NCBI GenBank assembly: GCA_002633005.1
Contig: NMRA01000142.1
Span: forward strand, 62,001 to 126,000
Direction: 5' to 3'
DNA length: 64,000 bases
DNA from: Phoronis australis
Lineage: Eukaryota; Animalia; Phoronida
How positions within the stretch are numbered: the first letter of the stretch is position 1; each line of letters starts with the position of its first letter. Below are positions 22,828-36,509 of this stretch, in pieces. The notes beneath the pieces were generated by a model that made no database searches, had not been told where the DNA came from, and saw only the letters and a program-made list of their open reading frames with translations. The position numbers and the translations under genes are program-made.

Positions 22828-25074
22828 ATGATGTCTTACAAATTTAAATTGCGCGTTATTGGGTTACTAGCCGCAACCCTGGTGCTGATATCAGTGACGT
22901 TATTAATTCGAACTCACCGTGAGGCCGAGGAGGCATTCGATCGTAGGAAAGGGGCCAGGGATCTGCAGTTGGTGTTCAAAGAAACATTTTATGCCCGAAC
23001 GGTCAAAAGTGGTCCCAATTGCTTGGAACCTTGTGCTTCACAGCTCGTGACACGTGACGAAACGCGTCTGAATACATTTGTAGGCGACACGGGACGCACG
23101 TCAGAAAGAACTAGTCAGGATGCAATTACAAAACAAGACAAATCCATTAGCAGAAATGGTATTTACAGAACCACAAACAGCAGAAAGAATATAGTCGGTG
23201 ACAGCAGTACAACCGTTATCGCTGAGAAACTGAAAACCGGCGAAGTGACATTCAGCAAACAAAGGACAAATGTCGGCTGTCGTATTCCAGATCTCAATCC
23301 GTATGACCCATCTGTGGAAAAATTCATTAGAACCGTTCCGGGTTACCCCGACTGCGTTTTTAACGCCACGCTGACTTACATGGATGCCAAAGGACGGATT
23401 TGCATTAACAAAACGGTTGCTATTGACGTGCATCAAGGCCGCGTTCACGCCTGTACGTATCACACTTTCTCCAAAAGTAACGCTAACGATGACCTGGCAA
23501 ATTACAGCAGCGTCTTTATTACGTTTAGAGACAAAAGCGAGCCCATTTTAGCAGATTTTGTTCGCGTAGTTTGCTTTGATACATTTGGAAAGATACTGTA
23601 TGAAAATATGCACGCGTTAATTAACAAAAATAAATCGCATGTGATGGATAAAATTGACTTCTGGAAACGTCATCCAAAAACAACGCGACCTTTAAGTGTC
23701 CTTCTTTTAGGATTTGATTCAATGTCAAGATCCAATTTTATACGGACTTTGCCGAAAACGTACGGATATCTCACAAATCATTTATCTTCTTTCGTTATGA
23801 AGGGTATGAACAAAGTGCACGATAACACATTTCCCAATTTAGTCCCGCTCTTGACCGGCCTAAGCGTTGGACGGTCAAACGTATACCCACCCGAGCTGAA
23901 ACGTTATCAGTGGCAAAAGGATAAGGAAGAATATTATGACGGGTACCCACTAATCTGGAAGAACTTCTCGAACCGAAATTATGTCACCATGATGGCTGAA
24001 GACCGCGAAGATATGTCGACTTTCAATTATATGGCTCGTGGTTTTCGCCAGCAGCCAACGGATTTCTATTTAAGACCACTGTACTTGGCAATGCGAGACT
24101 CACCCGTCAGGGGAAAGAGTAAACCTCACTGCTTTGGTGGGGACTACTTGCACCGAATTAATTTTGACTATTTCTTCAATTTTGTGAAATCATATCAAGA
24201 TGTCCCAACGTTTGCGTTCACATTTCTGTCAGACTTGAGTCACGAGGAATTAAACACCATCAAGTTTGCCGACAACGAGATCCACGCCCTTATTAAAAAG
24301 CTTAAGGATGGCGGTTACCTCGACCATGCGGCCTTAATCGTTTTTGGTGACCATGGCCACAGATTTGACGATATACGGAGAACTCTGGTGGGACGTCTGG
24401 AGGAAAGACTGCCGTTTTTCTCATTAACTATGCCGCAAGATTTCTTAGAGAAACAACCTTGGGTTAAGCATTACTTAAATATCAATGCAGATCGCTTGAC
24501 AACATTGTTTGACGTCCACAGAACTTTGCTCGATATTTTGAATTTCAACCAGGGTATCACAAAAAATCAAAATATGACAAGGGAAATGAGTTTATTCGAC
24601 GAAATTCCAATTTCCAGGAGTTGCTCTGACGCTCATATTGAGCAGCATTTCTGCTCATGTCAAGTATATAGAAAAATGGAAGTCGATGGCCCTCTAGTGG
24701 TAAATGGGGCGTTGTATTTGGTGGCCAACATAAATCGCCAGTTATCACAGTACCAAAACCTTTGTGCACATCTGAAGATTGCGAAAGTAGACAATGCCCA
24801 ACTTGTCCTGAGTGGTGAAAATATTCTGAAAGAGAGAGTAATGTACGACATTAATGCAACGATGGCGAAAGTCGACTTTCATCAATTAGTAGTGTCGATC
24901 AAGACTAAACCAGGTGGCGCTTTATTCGAAGCCACATTGAGGTACGATGTCAGAAGCAAGGCGTACACAATATCAGGCGATATTAGTAGGATCAACAAGT
25001 ATGGGAATCAGTCGATCTGCATAAATGATGCAATACTTCGGAAATATTGTTTCTGCAACAGCAACTTGAACTGA
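22828..25074 (+). CDS. DUF229-family protein (alkaline phosphatase/sulfatase superfamily), type II membrane protein, 748 aa, single coding exon
   Basis: Long uninterrupted ORF; N-terminal hydrophobic anchor; motifs GCRIPDLNPYDP, SVLLLGFDSMSRSNFIRTLPKT, DNTFPNLVPLLTG, DLSH, FGDHGHRF, GRLEERLP, RSCSDAHI..HFCSC, PGGALFEAT, ISRINKYG..S.CI....LRKYCFC. First ATG at 22828; probable 5'UTR acceptor tttgcag at ~22647. Confidence 0.92.
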   Translation: MMSYKFKLRVIGLLAATLVLISVTLLIRTHREAEEAFDRRKGARDLQLVFKETFYARTVKSGPNCLEPCASQLVTRDETRLNTFVGDTGRTSERTSQDAITKQDKSISRNGIYRTTNSRKNIVGDSSTTVIAEKLKTGEVTFSKQRTNVGCRIPDLNPYDPSVEKFIRTVPGYPDCVFNATLTYMDAKGRICINKTVAIDVHQGRVHACTYHTFSKSNANDDLANYSSVFITFRDKSEPILADFVRVVCFDTFGKILYENMHALINKNKSHVMDKIDFWKRHPKTTRPLSVLLLGFDSMSRSNFIRTLPKTYGYLTNHLSSFVMKGMNKVHDNTFPNLVPLLTGLSVGRSNVYPPELKRYQWQKDKEEYYDGYPLIWKNFSNRNYVTMMAEDREDMSTFNYMARGFRQQPTDFYLRPLYLAMRDSPVRGKSKPHCFGGDYLHRINFDYFFNFVKSYQDVPTFAFTFLSDLSHEELNTIKFADNEIHALIKKLKDGGYLDHAALIVFGDHGHRFDDIRRTLVGRLEERLPFFSLTMPQDFLEKQPWVKHYLNINADRLTTLFDVHRTLLDILNFNQGITKNQNMTREMSLFDEIPISRSCSDAHIEQHFCSCQVYRKMEVDGPLVVNGALYLVANINRQLSQYQNLCAHLKIAKVDNAQLVLSGENILKERVMYDINATMAKVDFHQLVVSIKTKPGGALFEATLRYDVRSKAYTISGDISRINKYGNQSICINDAILRKYCFCNSNLN

Positions 25075-25789
25075 GAGTGGGTGCAATCCTGTTTCAGTAA
25101 TTGTACAAAACCTGCTTACGTCCAACTAGGCATGCCTGGGTTGAGGCTGTGTAGAACACTATATAAACTTCGCTATACAATCACCCGAATATCTACAAAG
25201 TTAGGAATTAACTCGGTAAATGTAGATATTCTCTGAAAGGAAAATGCCTGCAGAATTTGATTTTGACTTTTAGTTATAGCAACCTGCCCCTGGAATGGTG
25301 GTGTGACACTGTATTTTTAGTAAAATACAGCAAAAAAAGTAGGCATAATCGTAGCAAAAACAACGGCATCGATAGCATGGTCAAATTTTGGTTGACAAAA
25401 ACTTCTATTGGCGCTTTGGAAAACAGCGCATAAAGCAGCATTGCATCTGAAAGTTTCAGTTGAATCTGATTGGTCAATTCTAAGATGTGACGCTCCAAAG
25501 TTGTTTCAAATTTAGATATTCTTCTGGCGCCCTGCATAACGTTAAAGGGTGTCTATTAAAAGAAAAAAAGGTTACTTGTCTTGGACTTGTGCAGTTTTCA
25601 TTGCGCGTTTGTTTGCGCCTTGTGTAATGAAAACCTGCATTTTTTGCTGATTCACATGTAAGACCATAATCAATTGGGCTAAGCTCGTTCGGTTCAGTTC
25701 TTAGTAAGCAATCTGGCCAGTCATGACCACCACGTTAAACCTGTTCTTCATTGCAAGTAAATATATTGTAAATTTTTGATTGCCCAAAC

Positions 25790-26700
25790 TTGCATATGTT
25801 TTAATTAGCCGTAGAATGAATGAAAGTGATATTTTTATTTACTCTCCCCTGTGGTATAATTAATTAAAAAAATTAAGTCGATAGAAAAAAACATTTTCTT
25901 TAAGACCTGGTATGAAAAAGGTGTTTATCGTGTATGCGATTTGTTTAATATTGAAGGTTACTTCATGTCCTATGAAGAGTTTTGTAACAGCGATGGCTTT
26001 CAACCCCCAATATTAGAATTTTACTGACTAGGAAGTGCAACCTTCGCAGCGTACAGCGGTCTTAGGGAAAGATAAGACGATATTTTCTTACCAAACTTTC
26101 CAAGGTTTCTATTAATACAACAAATCTCAAGCTGTAAATATTTACGACACCTTAGTACAGTCACTTCAGACAGCTTGTATATTATAGAAAACAGGTGGGT
26201 TTCTGATGTAAATATCAGTTTCCTTTTAAACAATGATAATTCCAATGACCCTGACACATTGTGGAGAGTAACTGTACAGAAGACACGAAATTGCGTTGGT
26301 TTCAGTACCGCTTAATTCCCAGGATATTGTCAACTAATAATTTTATACATAAAATTAAATTAAAGACAGATGACTTACGTCCTTTCTGTGGAGAGCACAG
26401 TGAAATCTTTCTTCATTGGTTTTAAGAATGTCGTCTTGTATTTCGTCTTTGGCTCCTGCTCACCGATTGGTTAAAGCAAATACGTCATGTGTAGCTTTCC
26501 TGTAGGTAATTTACTGTTCTGTTTAAAGTCTTGAAAGGTACTCAGCTGGAAAAGTGTGATGTTAATTTATTGATCATACTGGTCAAAAAATACATATTTT
26601 CACAAAAAATTGTAAAAAAGACATCAAATTTCAATCTTTTGTTAGCCTCGTTAAATCACGTATCGAATTGTTATCTCATGATAAGTTAGTATAATCCACT
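25790..26700 (+). mobile_element. Degenerate L1/Tx1-clade LINE ORF2 C-terminal fragment
   Basis: TPLWYN...WYEKGVYRVCDLFNIEGYFMSYEEF (~25841) and DTKLRWFQYRLIPRILSTN...PFCGEHSEIFLHWF*EC (~26282; zf-RVT-like), with stops and frameshifts. Confidence 0.75.
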
Positions 26701-28713
26701 GTTGTTTTTTGCTGTTTCATCTATTGTTTCATCACTCATATTTTGTAATGTTGTTTGACAGAAGAATATACATTTTGAAACTTGAAAGAAACGTGGAATG
26801 AATGTGCGTAACTGGCGTTGCCACGTTATATTGAAATAATAACTGTTACCTTTCGGCGGCCTAGTTTCGAACCCATCTTTGGCTCGTCGTCGTTATGTTA
26901 GTTATTGTGTGCCTTTCCTGCTCTTTCTTCTAAGGGGTGTTTTGATTTCATTTCTTTCCAGTTGTAGGACTAAACTTTTCAAAACATAAGGTTGAACAAC
27001 GCACAATTATTTCAAGAACAACATATCGATATTTCGCATTTTCGAATATGCAACCTTTCATTTTTCCTAGCAAGCTAGCTAGGCAATGCATCAACTCAAA
27101 CAGAAATTAAGCTTGCTGATTATAAAATTATAAAAACGGAACAAACTGAGCCCAATTTCAATGGAGTTAACTATCCCTAACCTTTTGGAAGAAGACCAGT
27201 TGGAATTTCAAAGTGATTCGCATCGTGAAGTTCACATGCAGTGCTTGGGATATGCCATGCCTTTGATTTTTGGAGCCGGGCTTACGTTACGTCATGGTGG
27301 CTTAAAGGTACTAAATTGGGGCTTACAGTTATCCTCAAATAAGTCACTTGTGCTGTCAATTTGGCTTAAAGGTGACTTTCAGAGGGTGGCTGAGCAAGGG
27401 CTGAGAAACGGTCACTTTTGAGGTAAGTCAGCAGCCGTGGTGACTTCATAATGCTCATTGGGTGCTACGACTACGTCACCCTCGGTTGATCACTCTTTAA
27501 AAAGTTGTTCTGGGACGACAATACAGTTATGAATGAAGTATTCAAATAACAAAGCCCGCCGCGAACATGTTCTTTCTCAGTAGGGCCTATCCATGAATAG
27601 CTGAAGAAACGTTTATCTCAGTCGATGAATTATATGGCAATAATCAGATATGACGTGACCGTATTTTGAGAACCCCTTTCATGCCCGTTATTCATTGGAG
27701 AAAACTGTTTCTCAAAATTTGGGCACGTTATATGCGATCACTACTTAGTGTTTTTTGAAGATTGGATGATTTCATATGCTTAGAAATTACTGGTCCAGGG
27801 ACTTCGATCGTGTAAGGGTTCACGTATCATTGGTTGAATATAGCCAGCTAGCTAGCTGTTTGAAGACGAACGTCAAAGTGCAGCTAGGAAACGGCCACAA
27901 CATTTACACAGCCCGGGTAGTTATGCTCGTTACCTCGTAGTGATATGTATTCATCATGTAGAGCTAATGACCGACGAGGGTACATGCCAAATCTGGGAGT
28001 CACCGACACTCACCTTGCCCGTTATAGCCGTTTAAGTGAAAAAATCAAAGATGAGTCATCTTCTTGCGTCATTCTCCGGAGTATGTATCAATGAAAAGTC
28101 TGTCGTCGGTTCGAAAAGAGTACGCTTGTGACACGCACACGCGCCGTTTGCTATTTTTGCGACATCTTTCGGGAAATGGTGACAGCCTCGCCGAAGCATT
28201 TTGTTCTGAATTTCGGTTTGCTGGAATTATACTACTAAAACTTATGACGAAATGAAACAGATTTCGATATTTTGTCATGACATGTACGCAACCTCGTGGA
28301 ATAACAGTTGATTGAAGAATCGGCGAAAACAAAAACTGGGCAATAGGTGACGCTCCATTCTTTGGCGTTCTACAACAAAAGCAGCTGACAAACTGTAGAA
28401 CGATAATTTTTTGACACCTGTAAATACTTTTATTTACTCAAAGAAAAGTTAAATGTTTAATGACACCAATTTTGAATTAGACTTTATTGATCAAGTTAGC
28501 CACAGAGGTACAAACAAGTATATTTATGCAGCTCTGCATCAAGGATACGTTGAATGTTCATTGCAAAAGTCCAATAACTGTCATTAGCTGGATGTTTACA
28601 ACTTTCTGATGACTAGAGGAGGCGAACGGAAATTAGACGATTTCCTGTAACACTTTTTCTCTGATCCTCGCTGCGTGTAGCAGCTGTCGCACATCGACAG
28701 AAGGAACCAGAGA

Positions 28714-29340
28714 TTTTTTTTGAATGTTTATTATGAAATATTCAGTTCAATAAACATACAGACCCAGAAAGCGCCATGAGGCATTGTATCTGGGCTAAAC
28801 AGTACAATGGAAATCTATATACAATTAATAAACTGATGTTCAGATTAAAATGACATTTGATTACGAATTTAAATAAATGATTTTCATACACAATAAGTTA
28901 TTTTACATGCATACGATTTCAACTAACACAAAGAGATTTAATATTAAAAATAATTTTTGATACTATTTCGAATAAAACCTTATTTTAATTTAAGTCGAGT
29001 TTTTTACATCCATTTGGAAAAAAATAATTTTGTTATACATTTGAGGAAGATCTGAATATTTTTTGTAAACATCGGGGTATTGTTCGAGTGTCTGGAAAAG
29101 CTGTGCCCTCTGCTCCCCACATACCGCACAAGCAAAGGAAAAATGAGCATTTGTATGAATGTCTCCACAGGAACACAGGGGTGAAATATTACTGAAATTA
29201 TGTCTAAATTTGTCGTTGTTAAGGGGTCCGCATCTTGATCTGTATAAGATTATTTCACGGTTGCGAGCAAGTTGGAATGATGTCAATGGGACTGGCAAGT
29301 CTTGAGTAGTGCCATGCAGTTAAAAGTTATTTTTGACAGA
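28714..29340 (-). mobile_element. 5'-truncated LINE 3' end (ORF2 C-terminal Cys/His region, 3'UTR hairpin, A tail)
   Basis: RSRCGPLNNDKFRHNFSNISPLCSCGDIHTNAHFSFAC, homologous to 36011-36509; 3'UTR hairpin at 28763-28794, then AATAAA and an A8 tail. Confidence 0.75.
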
Positions 29341-30941
29341 TGCTTCGACGGGCTCTACGTCAAGTAGAGACTTTTTAAACTATTGGCGATATTGTAACGT
29401 CTGTCATGTTAGCCAGCAAGCACTGTTGACATGTCATAACGCCTTCTCAATGCCAAGAATACAGGGATGAACTTTTACCAGTATTTGTCTCGCGCAATGA
29501 GATTTAGGCTATGACCTTGTCACTTGACGACGTGGTGTTAAATTCCTAACAATTGATGAATATTTCAGTTGGAGGACAAAGGTGGTGTTAGGAAACAAAC
29601 CCTTAAACAGGGTTGGTAGTCCGTACATGGAATGAAGAATTTAGTGTCATACAAGTCACACTCGCATTGTACATCAAAGTATTAACCCGCAATCGTAATT
29701 ACGATCGCCTGAAGTTAATTGTCTGCACGGAGAATATCTGCACGGAAAGCAAATACTTCAAAAGAATTTATTCACTCGAAGATTTGACGTTTCAGTATTC
29801 ACTTGCAACTCCGCCTTGTAAATTTCCCGCCAAGTGTATAGTCGTAAACCTTCACTTGGCTCGATGGATAGTATTGGGATCGCTGATAATTGTAATATAT
29901 GACGTCATTTGGTCAAAATCTGAGAATACGTTGGCATACGATTTTGATTCGTTGTTATTATAGAAAGGTAAAAATATTGAAATGTAACCGGGTAAAACCG
30001 TTTATTGATACAAAAATACAGAGGCAATTTTAATTTTGTTAGTACTGAGTCACACTCGACAAGTATTTTGCCTCCAACTGAACTAGGAATTTCTCCCGAT
30101 TTACGTCCATTTCTCAGAATCTATGAAAAAATCGATGGACCTTCAGATATGTTTGAACTTATGTGTCAGTTTAAACAAAGTTGAAGATCCATAAAAATCT
30201 CATATTCTGTGAAATAGACATAAAAGAGATGAAATTCCTGGTGTGCGGCAAAGTATTCGTGAGTGACAATATTAACTAAAATTTAATTTCCGTAGATATT
30301 TATTTGCCCGCCTTATGTATAGTAAAGCCATTGATTATGAAATTCCTTACAATAGCACATTTGGAAACACTCTCGAAGGTTCCAGATTATTTTTGTTGGT
30401 TCCACGAAAACCGCGATCAAAATTGAGTCGGATCAAGAATTTTATTGTTTATTACGTGTAATAATTACACTAAGTAAATACCGCATTTTATTTTCATCTC
30501 AGCGGTGCAAAATAATATTCGACATTTCTGTAGTTCTGGAGGGGTTTCTGCTAAACATTTTTTAAAGATTTTGGAGGGACTCACGTTAATCACATATTTG
30601 GAAGATGACCAACTTAATTACAGTTTAATTTTTAGCTACGGCTATTTTGAATTTTTGTTGGTTGTTACAATACACTGGACAAATGATCATCATAATCATA
30701 ATCAAAATCCATATACACTGGTCACATTTATTGGAATCATGAGATATACGATTCACTGGTACAGATTCACCACGAACAATGTTGTTTGTAACACATACAG
30801 GTTTCTTGTACAATGCAATCCATTACTAGTGTCCACAGTCGGCCAAGTGATTTGGGGGTTCCTTTACAAACTCGGCCCGTTTTCACGGCACCTTATACAC
30901 GTACTTCGTCGGTAGATTTGTACAATTCCCGTTGTACTTAA

Positions 30942-33071
30942 GAGGCCTGTTTATCACGGAACCTGATCTGAGATCTGAGATGTGGAGTAAACCAATTGTC
31001 GCGATAGCGATGGTTTCACAATGAATCGCTTGCTAAAATGAATTGATTTCGTGGACTTAAGCTGAGGATTTTTGGAAAAGTTTGGCTTGCGAAATTGAAT
31101 TTCTCGTGAAAAAGATAGGATCATTTTACCGGAAGCAATTCGATAAAGGTTAGCCAAAATAGAATCGTTAGGTTTCTGTTCTCTGGTACCCCGAATAAAA
31201 AGAAAACGGTACTGGTAATGCTTAAGAATGGACTCAGATAGATCGATATTTGAGTAGCGTCCAGTAGCCAAAAGCACGCGTTCTCATTTAAAATGCAATA
31301 TCTCACGGGATCTCGCGAAGTCTTGCTTTTTAGCGAGGTCCTAGCATTGCTGAACTCTGCCCTGGACTGGCCTCAACTTAGAACCGCTCTCGTGTGGAGT
31401 TGAAACCAAACGGGATATTTTACAGTGCCTAGACGGGATGAATGTGGTCCCTCAGTTGTGTCGTCCTCGCAGACCTTACAGGGATAATAACCGACTGTGA
31501 CTGAAAATGAGACTACTCGCCCTGTATGAGGTTGCAGGGATCCAAACATTGGAATTAGCGGCCCAGTCAGAGTATGTACGATTCTGGTCCCTGTTTCGTT
31601 TCCGACCTAATGTTATTACCTGGCGTGCAACCACTGTCACAGGAGTTGTTGGTCGCCACCGGCAGCGCCTCCATATGGCACTGGCGTGCACATCGGACAA
31701 TTTATTAGAATACCACTCGCTGATATTGAGGGTAATAAACTTGTTTGAACCGCTGAAAAAATGAACTCGGTCTTGATGTTGCACTGTTGTGTTAAAGTGC
31801 TTAAAATAACCAATTTCCAAAACACCAAAAAACAACCCAACCCGTCTGTCAGTAACCTAATTAGAACACCCACAAACACTATGACGATATCATGTTACGA
31901 GCATTTATTGGTCGCAGCATATACCACGTAAAGTCGGGACAACCAATCACAGCACTAGTCATCGCCATTGTGTTAAGTTTGAAAAAGTCATCAGATGTTG
32001 CTGCTCGTTTTGCCGTGGTTTATGGTACAATAAGGAATGACCAAGCGTTGCGTTTGTGGTGGTTGTGACAGCTTAGTATTTGAGCACGCTGTGGCTCTTT
32101 TCACTTCCCCATGGAAAATCGGAGAAGTGCGGATATGAGACAAGTTTGTACAAAAAACTAGCGTGCTGGTGGCCATGACACACTGGCGCTGGGTACACTC
32201 CTACGTCACACTTAAGTGCGTGGAGTTTATAAACCTTCAACTGAAGTATATCTTCTATTTTCTCGTTTTGGGGATATTGAATTTATGATCATGATATGCA
32301 GGGCTATAAAGGAAGGTTTAATAATGCTGACAATGTAGCCACTTGTCAAAACTAGGGTAACGTTGGTTTCAGGTATTTTAAACACGTATGTTGCTCACAC
32401 ATCCAAGTCTGCCGGTCGGGTTTCGCGTTAATCACAGCGAACGAGCTCAGATTTCTTGCATAGGTAGTCGTATAACTGTTGTGCAAAACGGTACTTGTTG
32501 CTCTCATTTGAAAGAAACGAAATGATTCAGAGGCATTGAGCAAATGTTTAGATTTGCAATAAGAAAATAGTTTAACACCTTTTCGGTGACTATGCCACTC
32601 GCAAAAAAACAACAACGTTTTACAGATGGACACTACGATGTTTGGGTATTTTGAGTGAACAGATTGCTTTTTAAAAGTGGCTTGGTGTCCCACAATCCAC
32701 ATTAGATACCCACCAACGTAAAACAGTCAGTCGATATAAACAAATGACGCTTTTCCATAGTTTTGTTTGTTTTAAAAGCGACCGTTGTAAGACCGTAAAA
32801 CATAGCCTACCATTACAAAAAAGTTTGGTTTCAACTGCACAGAGCCGAAACCTAACACCTGCATTTTGGCGAATTTTTATCCTATTTCTTTTGGTAAGTC
32901 ATTATTATTATAAGTTTTTGCGACGAATTCAAGTTCAGAAGCCAAACTGTTCAAAAAATCACCACTCTTAGTCCGCGATTGGCCAGTCTTTTGTGGCCGT
33001 GACGTCATTGATGATGGTGTGATTGGTGTACTCCAAACTGTAGGATCAGATTTCCGTGATAAACAGGTCTC
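30942..33071. mobile_element. 2.1-kb non-autonomous TIR element (PIF/Harbinger-like)
   Basis: gaggcctgtttatcacggaacctgatc at left; gatcagatttccgtgataaacaggtctc at right (~27-bp TIR); flanks TAA/TCA. Confidence 0.65.
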
Positions 33072-33342
33072 TCAACGACAGCGGGATCTATACAGATCTA
33101 CTGACTCAGTACAGCGTGCTGTGAACCGGGCCGAGCTTCTGTCTTTCCCAAAATATCGATTGTTCCTTCTTCCATTCCGAGCATCTCCTGGAAGTTTTTC
33201 CAAAACTCTCCACAAAGTTTCTGGCAAAATTCTGATAACTGGCTGACCGAACGAAACCCCAATATGCCCTCCGTCCTTAAATTACTTCGCAGATGTAATT
33301 TTGTAATAAAACAAATATTGGTAGCTGTATAAGGTTAGGTAA

Positions 33343-33482
33343 TGTAATGATTCATTAATACATTGTTTATATTTAAAACATGCATTCCTTTACAAACACA
33401 CAATGGGCCGCTACATCTTGGAATCCTCCATCTCCTGGGGTACCCATAGGTGGCAGCACCTTACAGCCCGTATAACAACACA
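33343..33482 (-). repeat. 3' LTR of Gypsy element
   Basis: 140-bp direct repeat of 36893-37032 with TG/CA ends. Confidence 0.85.
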
Positions 33483-36010
33483 GTACCCCTTTCCTCAGAA
33501 TGAAACTTTTTCGTAACAAAATAAAACAGCCCTGAGCAACTGTTAAATGCTTAAACTAGTAAACAGTGTAAACACTTAAAACAAGCTTAATAAAGAGTTC
33601 TTAAAACTACTTAGTGTCTTTCAATTAAACACAACTTAAACACAGTTCTTCAAGTACCAGGGCTTACGAAAACGGGCACGATAGCGTCTCTCATTTTGTT
33701 AAACGCTCCGCATAACGTTGGTGATGTTTTGCGCGACTCTCCCACAGAATGTCAAAGAGTTCATCATCGGTTATTTCGGTGTCTCCCGCAAAGTTTCGCG
33801 CTTTTGTTGGTTTGAAGTGCGATGAGTTTCCCGTCACAATCCTCCCACCAGTGTCCGTCCTTTGGGCTATGACCATAGATCCCTTGACTTCAATCACCTT
33901 GTATGAACTATTTTCATATGGTGTAGACAACGTATCTGTCTGTTGTTGTTTCAAAAGCACACTATCACCTACACCTATCCTAGCAGTTTCACACGCAATT
34001 TCTTATCACCCGTTTTCATAATCCCTTTGGATTTTGCATCCTTCAGTTTTACTCTTGTGTCACACTGGTATGATTCAACATTTGGGAACTTAATGGGAAA
34101 TCCCTTCCAAACAACAATTGCGCAGGTGGTTTACCTGTGCTCGAGTGAGGGGGTGCACGATAACTATTTAGGAATCTATACAATCCTTGTTCTCCGTGGC
34201 AATCCATCTTGTGCTGATTTCACCAAAGCATTTTTCAATGTTTGCATAAAGCGTTCAACTTCACCATTGGCTCTGGGCCACAGTGGTGTAATCTTCCTGT
34301 GTTTGAAACCAGCGGCTTTACAAAATCTTTGAACATTTTCCCATTAAACTGGGTCCCGGCATTTATTCGTTCGCAGAGTCAGGTACATTGTATTCCGCAC
34401 ATGGAGAATACATTGTCGAGCTTTGGAATGACAGTATTCGCAGACGTAGAACGTACAGTTTCAACAACTGGGTATATGGAGTAATCGTCCATGATCACCA
34501 TCATAACCATCATTTGGAAACGGCCCAGTGAACTCTAGACTTAATTCCGACCAAGGTTTCTCAGGTAATTCAGACATTTTCAGTGGCTTATATTGTTGCT
34601 TATTGTCGCAACTTCACAAGATGCACATTAACTGATCATATTGTCAACCTGCTTATCAGTATCAGGGAACCAAATTTTCTCACGCACCAAGGACTTTGTT
34701 TTTACCATTGACCTTCATGAGCAATTGAAAGCGCCCTCTGTTGTAGAGATTTTGGCATCACTAATTTCACACAGCGCAACACAATACTATTATCAAGGCA
34801 TACAGAGAGAGTTCTTCCATGACACGTTTGAATGATTTCAGTGCGTTCAAATCAACATTCAAACTTGGTTCTCTGTGCCATGGGTTGTTCACAATTATTG
34901 TCAATGACAAATTGGAGTGTATCATCTTCTTTGGTTGCGTCAGCAATTTCTTCTTTCGTGAGAGCTTTCGGAATCGTACGGTCAAGAATAAAGTTCACGT
35001 ATTCTTCAGCAATTTTCGCACTGCGAGGTGATTTTTGATTCGGTAGCGGATGTCGCGATAGATAATCAGCATGATTACCAACTCCTAGCCAGTACACAAT
35101 TTTACAGTTATAGGGTTCTAATCTGAGACCCCACCTCTGAACTCTAGCAGTTGCTATAGACTTTGGATTTTTCCAGATTCTCTCAAGAGCTTGATGATTA
35201 GTATAAACTGTGAATGGATTTCCATATAAGTACAAATGGAAATTTCGGCACTCCAAACAACGACAAGAGCTTCACGCTTTGTCTGTGAGTAACGTTGTTC
35301 AGTATCAGTGTGTGCTCTGGATCCGTAACTAATAACTGCCATTTTGCGTCAAGATACCACAGAGACCGACTGGACATCGACGTACAGTTCAGTTTTCATA
35401 TCAAGATCAAAGTACTCCACGCACTGGTCACCTGTGAGTAAGTCAGTGAGTTTTTTATGCAGTCTATGTGTTCATTAGTCCAATCCCAGCTAACATCTTG
35501 CTTAGTCAGCTGTCTCAGTGGGTGTGTTAACATTGCGGCATAATCACGGATAAATCTGGATAGATATGTTGTCATCCCTAGGAAACTTTTCAGTTCCGTG
35601 ACATTTTTCGGGTAACTAGCAGCTTTTATTGCCTCGACCCTTTTGGGTCAGGCAGAATTCCATCTGCAGAGAATATGTGATAGCCCGAATTTGCATTTTT
35701 GCTCATTCACTTTCAGACCGTTTTCTCGAAGCCTGTTGAGTACAGCTTTTAGATTTTCATCATGTTGTTTTTTTGGTTTTACCGAAGACAATAACATCAT
35801 CGCCGAAATTTCGGGCACCGTTCATACCTTGCAATACTTCAGTTAAATGCAATTCTGAAAAAATTCATCCGCGGAGCAGATTCCATAGATCAGCCTTTTG
35901 TAACGCAAGGCCTACATTTGTCGAGAATATCGTAATATGACAACTATCAGGGTGCAGTGCTAGTTGATGATAACCAGCTTTTAAGTGAAACTTTGAGAAA
36001 ACACTTGCAC

Positions 36011-36509
36011 TTTTCCTCAACTCTGACAAGTTCAGGCACAACTTCAGTAATGTCTCTCCAAAATGTGAATGTGGTGACCATCAATCTTATCCTCATATTT
36101 TCTTCAAATGTCCCCTCATCGAATACCTGAGAGACTCACTCTTTCGTGCACTCAATGAAAACCAATCAATTGTTAACGCTCTCAATTCTTGTAATAATAT
36201 CCCTACTAGAGTTACATTATTACTGAATGGTAGTCCTAACCTTGACTTCGTTCTCAAAGAATTCCTCCTAAGCAACGTTAGTAAATTTTTATGTACCGTT
36301 TATCGATATTGTTGCATCTGACTTCCCTACATGAATGTATACATATTTTTGTTTTTATATATCTGTAATAGCATATCTAAGTATTGAAATACTTATTTTA
36401 GTTTCATTTATGAATTGTTTACAACCCAGATATAATGCTTCGCGGTTTCTGGGTTTGTTATTATTTCTTTGTATCCTGTGTATTCTTCAATAAATATATA
36501 TCACTTAAA
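36011..36509 (+). mobile_element. LINE 3' fragment nested in the Gypsy RT domain
   Basis: LNSDKFRHNFSNVSPKCECGDHQSYPHIFFKCP; 3' hairpin, AATAAA and short A tail; 13-bp TSD aaaacacttgcac (35998-36010) / aaaacatttgcac (36510-36522). Confidence 0.8.

Noticed and set aside
31476-31879. ORFs inside the 2.1-kb TIR element as a possible Harbinger transposase
   Set aside because: No DDE or Myb/SANT motifs recognisable.
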